This document shows, in pieces, positions 33,789 to 37,151 of a DNA stretch of 37,151 bases. Made by a program: the position numbers and the translations under genes. Source of the stretch: Octopus bimaculoides. Its lineage: Eukaryota. Within the stretch, counting starts at the first letter, position 1. Each line of letters begins with the position of its first letter. Location: the NCBI RefSeq assembly GCF_001194135.2, contig NC_068981.1:129675056-129712206 (forward strand), in the 5' to 3' direction. The notes below the pieces were generated by a model. It did no database searches and had not been told where the DNA came from. It saw nothing but the letters and a program-made list of their open reading frames with translations.

Positions 33789-34305
33789 TTATAAAACAAA
33801 ATATGTGTTAATCATCTGCAACTGATTGATCGCAGAACCTGTGGCACACTAGATAGAATACTTTGTAGTATTTAGCTGCATCCTTTTACTTTCTAAGCTT
33901 ACATTTGGGTTCACTATATCATTCTGAGGTTGATAAAGTATGTACAGGAGATCATTGGATACTCTATAAGGTGTGGAGTATTCCAGCATGACAATAGTCC
34001 AGTAGTGAAACTAATAAAAGAATTAGAAAATATAGAGTCAATAAAACTGTTTCTAGAAAACATAAAATTAGGTGAGAAATGAAGAACAGATAATATGATA
34101 AAAAAAGTGGCAAAACTGGTTTTAACCACATCAGATACAACCATAGCAAGAAAATAAGGAAGTCTCTATAGGGATGGTTGGGTTGTTAGAAATAACAGTT
34201 AAATCTTTTGTAGATCACCCCCCACTGTCTTGACCCCTTTTTTTTACCAAATTTCTATTGAACTGTACTAATGAAGAACTTAGTAAATAATTTTGTCCTG
34301 ATTAT

Positions 34306-34668
34306 AGGTGCAGGCATGGCTGAGTGGTAGGGAGCTTGCTTCCTAACCATATAATTCCAGGTTCAGTCCCACTGTGTGGCACCCTGGGCAGGTGGATTTT
34401 GTGAGTGGATTTGGTAGGCAGAAACTGAGAAAAACCTGTCATATATATTTATATATATATATATATTTATGTGTGTGTGTCTTTGTCCCCCCACCATCAC
34501 TTGACAACCAATGTCAGTGTATTTATGTCCCTGTAACTTAGCAGTTCAGCAAAAGAGATAAGTAAAATAAGTACTAGACTTACAGAGAATAAGTTCTGTG
34601 TTGATTTCTTTGACTAAATTCCTTTAAGGTGGTGCTCCAGCATGGCCACTGTTATGACTGAAACAAAA
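34306..34668 (+). mobile_element. tRNA-derived SINE family B, near full length with internal microsatellite
   Basis: A box TGGCTGAGTGG, B box GGTTCAGTCCC, internal (AT)/(GT), 3' AAGGTGGTGCTCCAGCATGGCC...TGACTGAAAC. Confidence 0.85.
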
Positions 34669-34834
34669 TTATAGAAGAATAATTAATCTGGGGTTTGGAA
34701 CATAAATTAACATGAAGTTTTGCTGGAAAGTTTTAATTTAAGTTACATTAAAACAAGATGTCTGTATCATATCCAGGGGTAGCCTTAGGCAGATTGGTAT
34801 GAAAAGTGTTAAATAAAGAATACGTTCAATAATG

Positions 34835-34930
34835 TAGCCCTCAATCCTCCTCAAAGAGAACAGGATGGATGGTCATGGCTGAGATGCTTTTGATCATAGC
34901 TCTGTTTGATCAAGACTGACGTAATAACAT
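34835..34930 (+). repeat. Family D 3' fragment
   Basis: GGATGGATGGTCATGGCTGAGATGCTTTTGATCATAG...GATCAAGACTGAC. Confidence 0.55.
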
Positions 34931-35398
34931 GTAGTACCTTCTATCTTCCTTCATCTCACTGATGGGATTAGACATTGTTTCTAATAACACACTAATAAAC
35001 ATTGTTGTGTTATTTAAACATAGTTAATTATATTGACACTAAGTTTGCATTGTGTATTTACCATCTGAATGGGCTAGCTTCAGTGTAAATATCCTTGTCA
35101 CCAGTTGTCTGTCTCCATCTTACAATATTCTTCACCTGTCTCCCCATACATTGTTAGCATTATATTCTGTTTGCATATGGCAGAGTAGGACTCTTATTTC
35201 CATTTATATGTGTATATAAGGGTAAGAGAGTTGTGTATATATGTTCTCCCACCACATGTGTGTGTAAATTTTATGAAATGAAACTCATACACAGAACAGC
35301 ATGAAGATCAGTAAATATGTTTGGATATATGTAAATTGAATGTGTGTGTGTGTGTGTGTGTATGAATATACATATGTATATATGAGTGTATATATGTA

Positions 35399-35435
<37 letters not shown>

Positions 35436-35627
35436 AATTGTGTGCATGTGTGTGTATTACATACATACNNNNNNNNNNNNNNNNNNNNNNNNNNNNNNNN
35501 NNNNNNNNNNNNNNNNNNNNNNNNNNNNNNNNNNNNNNNNNNNNNNNNNNNNNNNNNNNNNNNNNNNNNNNNNNNNNNNNNNNNNNNNNNNNNNNNNNNN
35601 NNNNNNNNNNNNNNNNNNNNNNNNNNN

Positions 35628-35659
<32 letters not shown>

Positions 35660-36281
35660 CATATATAATACACACACACACATGCACACAAATATACAGG
35701 TGTACAAGCAAAAGAACATTTGCTATTTCATGCAGAATATTTGTTTGTTAGTTAACCCTTGAAAACTACCATAGCTATATAATATAGATTATTAAATGCA
35801 AGGTAAAAAGTAATATTAAAAACCTGGACCTAAAGGCTTCTTGTAATCAAATTAATGGTCAGTTGTAACCATCCACAGATTAAGTACACACACACACACA
35901 CACACACACATGTGATATGCCCAGTATGGAATGGAGAAGACCACAATTCAAATACTCAATAAAGACATACACTTGAATCCAAAGGCTATAATATGATACT
36001 TCCTTCAAAAGCACCCCACCCTTTCATCTCTAGCTATCATGTTGCTGAAATTTTTGTTTTTCTTTGTCTATTATCTGACCTCCATTTTGTCTATCTTAAA
36101 ACCTGCATACATACATACATCTGTATACATACACACACACATAAGCAACACATACATCACCTGTGCATACACCTGTTTCCATAATAACTGCCAGCCTGTT
36201 ACCCATTTATTTTCCGTTACCCAGTTATTTTCATTGTTTACTATGTTCTGCACCCATGTATTCCTGTATACGTATATAACT

Positions 36282-36900
36282 ATGCCTAGAAAGAAAGTGT
36301 CAAATTTGTCTACAAGGTCAAGGTCAGCCAAAAGAGTGTCTCTGTCCTGGGAAAGAGAGACAGCTGCAAAAAGGGAAGCATACCAAGAAACAAACAGACT
36401 GTGCCCTACAAAAGCCAGAGAATCTCAAAGTGATGAACAGAAGTATGCATGGCTGATAAGAAATAGGATATCCACTGCAGAATGAAGAGCAGTTGCAACA
36501 ACCCAGAGAAGCAATTTCTATGAAGCAGCTTTCAATTATAGTCCAGCAGTTCACTACGCAGATGACACTACAGTTTCCATTGGTGCAATGACAACTGAGT
36601 GTATACATTGTAAAGCAAGGAGAGACACTGACACTGTGCTGCAGTGGTGGAAAGGTTAAAATCCCTACAATCCCCCAACCTCCAGAGCCATTGAAGAAAC
36701 TGTTGTCATCAACTGACCAAGATTCCAAGCACTTCCAAAACAAAATTAGACAATACACTGCTGCACTACAGATGACATCATTTGAAGCCACAAGCGATTT
36801 AACTGAGCCAGGATGCATGCAAACTATCAAGATCCAAGATCAGATTTATCATCGGATTGTCTCTCTACTACCTCTGTCAACTGAATCACCAAAATCAGCC
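36282..36900 (+). mobile_element. Helitron ORF 5' portion, decayed
   Basis: MPRKKVSNL..., an E(T/S)xEQ-like repeat, AAFNYSPAVHY...IGAMTTECIHCKA, then after a frameshift GGKVKIP..PEPLKKLL...FQNKIRQYTAALQMTSFEA...IKIQDQIYHRIVSLLP. The 5' UTR may extend to ~35990. Confidence 0.85.
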
Positions 36901-37019
36901 TTTCATTGTTTATAATCTGTTTTTGGTTACGAAATAAGCTACACAAGACATGTTTTTGAATTACGTGTATTTACTTTATATACATATATGAGTTGAAAAC
37001 TTTCTTTTAACATTTCACT

Positions 37020-37151
37020 TAATGTCTATATTCCATGCTGGTATGGGTTGGAGAGTTATTAATGTAGAAAGTTGGTATTTCAGCTACTAGCAGTTGAGAC
37101 CTGCGTAATCTAGATGACATTTTAAAATTGCATTATTCTCTTTAACCTGGG
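37020..37151 (-). repeat. Short RTE-tail fragment followed by a family D-like fragment
   Basis: TTCCATGCTGGTATGGGTTGGA, then TATTTCAGCTACTAGCAGTTGAG. Runs off the window edge. Confidence 0.4.

Noticed and set aside
33900-34100. Plus-strand stop-free frame containing FQHDNSP, similar to the Tc1 FQQDNAPxH motif
   Set aside because: The following His and other transposase motifs are missing, and there are no convincing splice sites.

Overview
AT-rich, microsatellite-dense animal genomic DNA with six assembly gaps (~1.8 kb of N). The repeat content (tRNA-derived SINEs, RTE 3' ends with (GAT)n tails, piggyBac and mariner MITEs, Helitrons, Penelope-type repeats) suggests a coleoid cephalopod, probably Octopus; this is an inference. 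No intact host gene is supported, and one splice-bounded 136-bp candidate exon lies at 23384-23519 (-). The window is mostly decayed mobile elements: Helitron pieces, a truncated Tc1/mariner transposase, RTE and CR1/L2-type LINE fragments, a Penelope-like GIY-YIG fragment, a 1.55-kb internally deleted Gypsy element with both LTRs, PBS, PPT and TSD, several MITEs and many SINEs. The best lead is a hammerhead ribozyme at 10371-10435 (-). Its catalytic core is intact, but its three strands occur in a non-circularly permuted order. Two further degenerate canonical hammerheads, a TSD-flanked 5'-inverted RTE insertion and a ~200-bp nearly loopless palindrome are also notable. All alignments and folds were done by eye.
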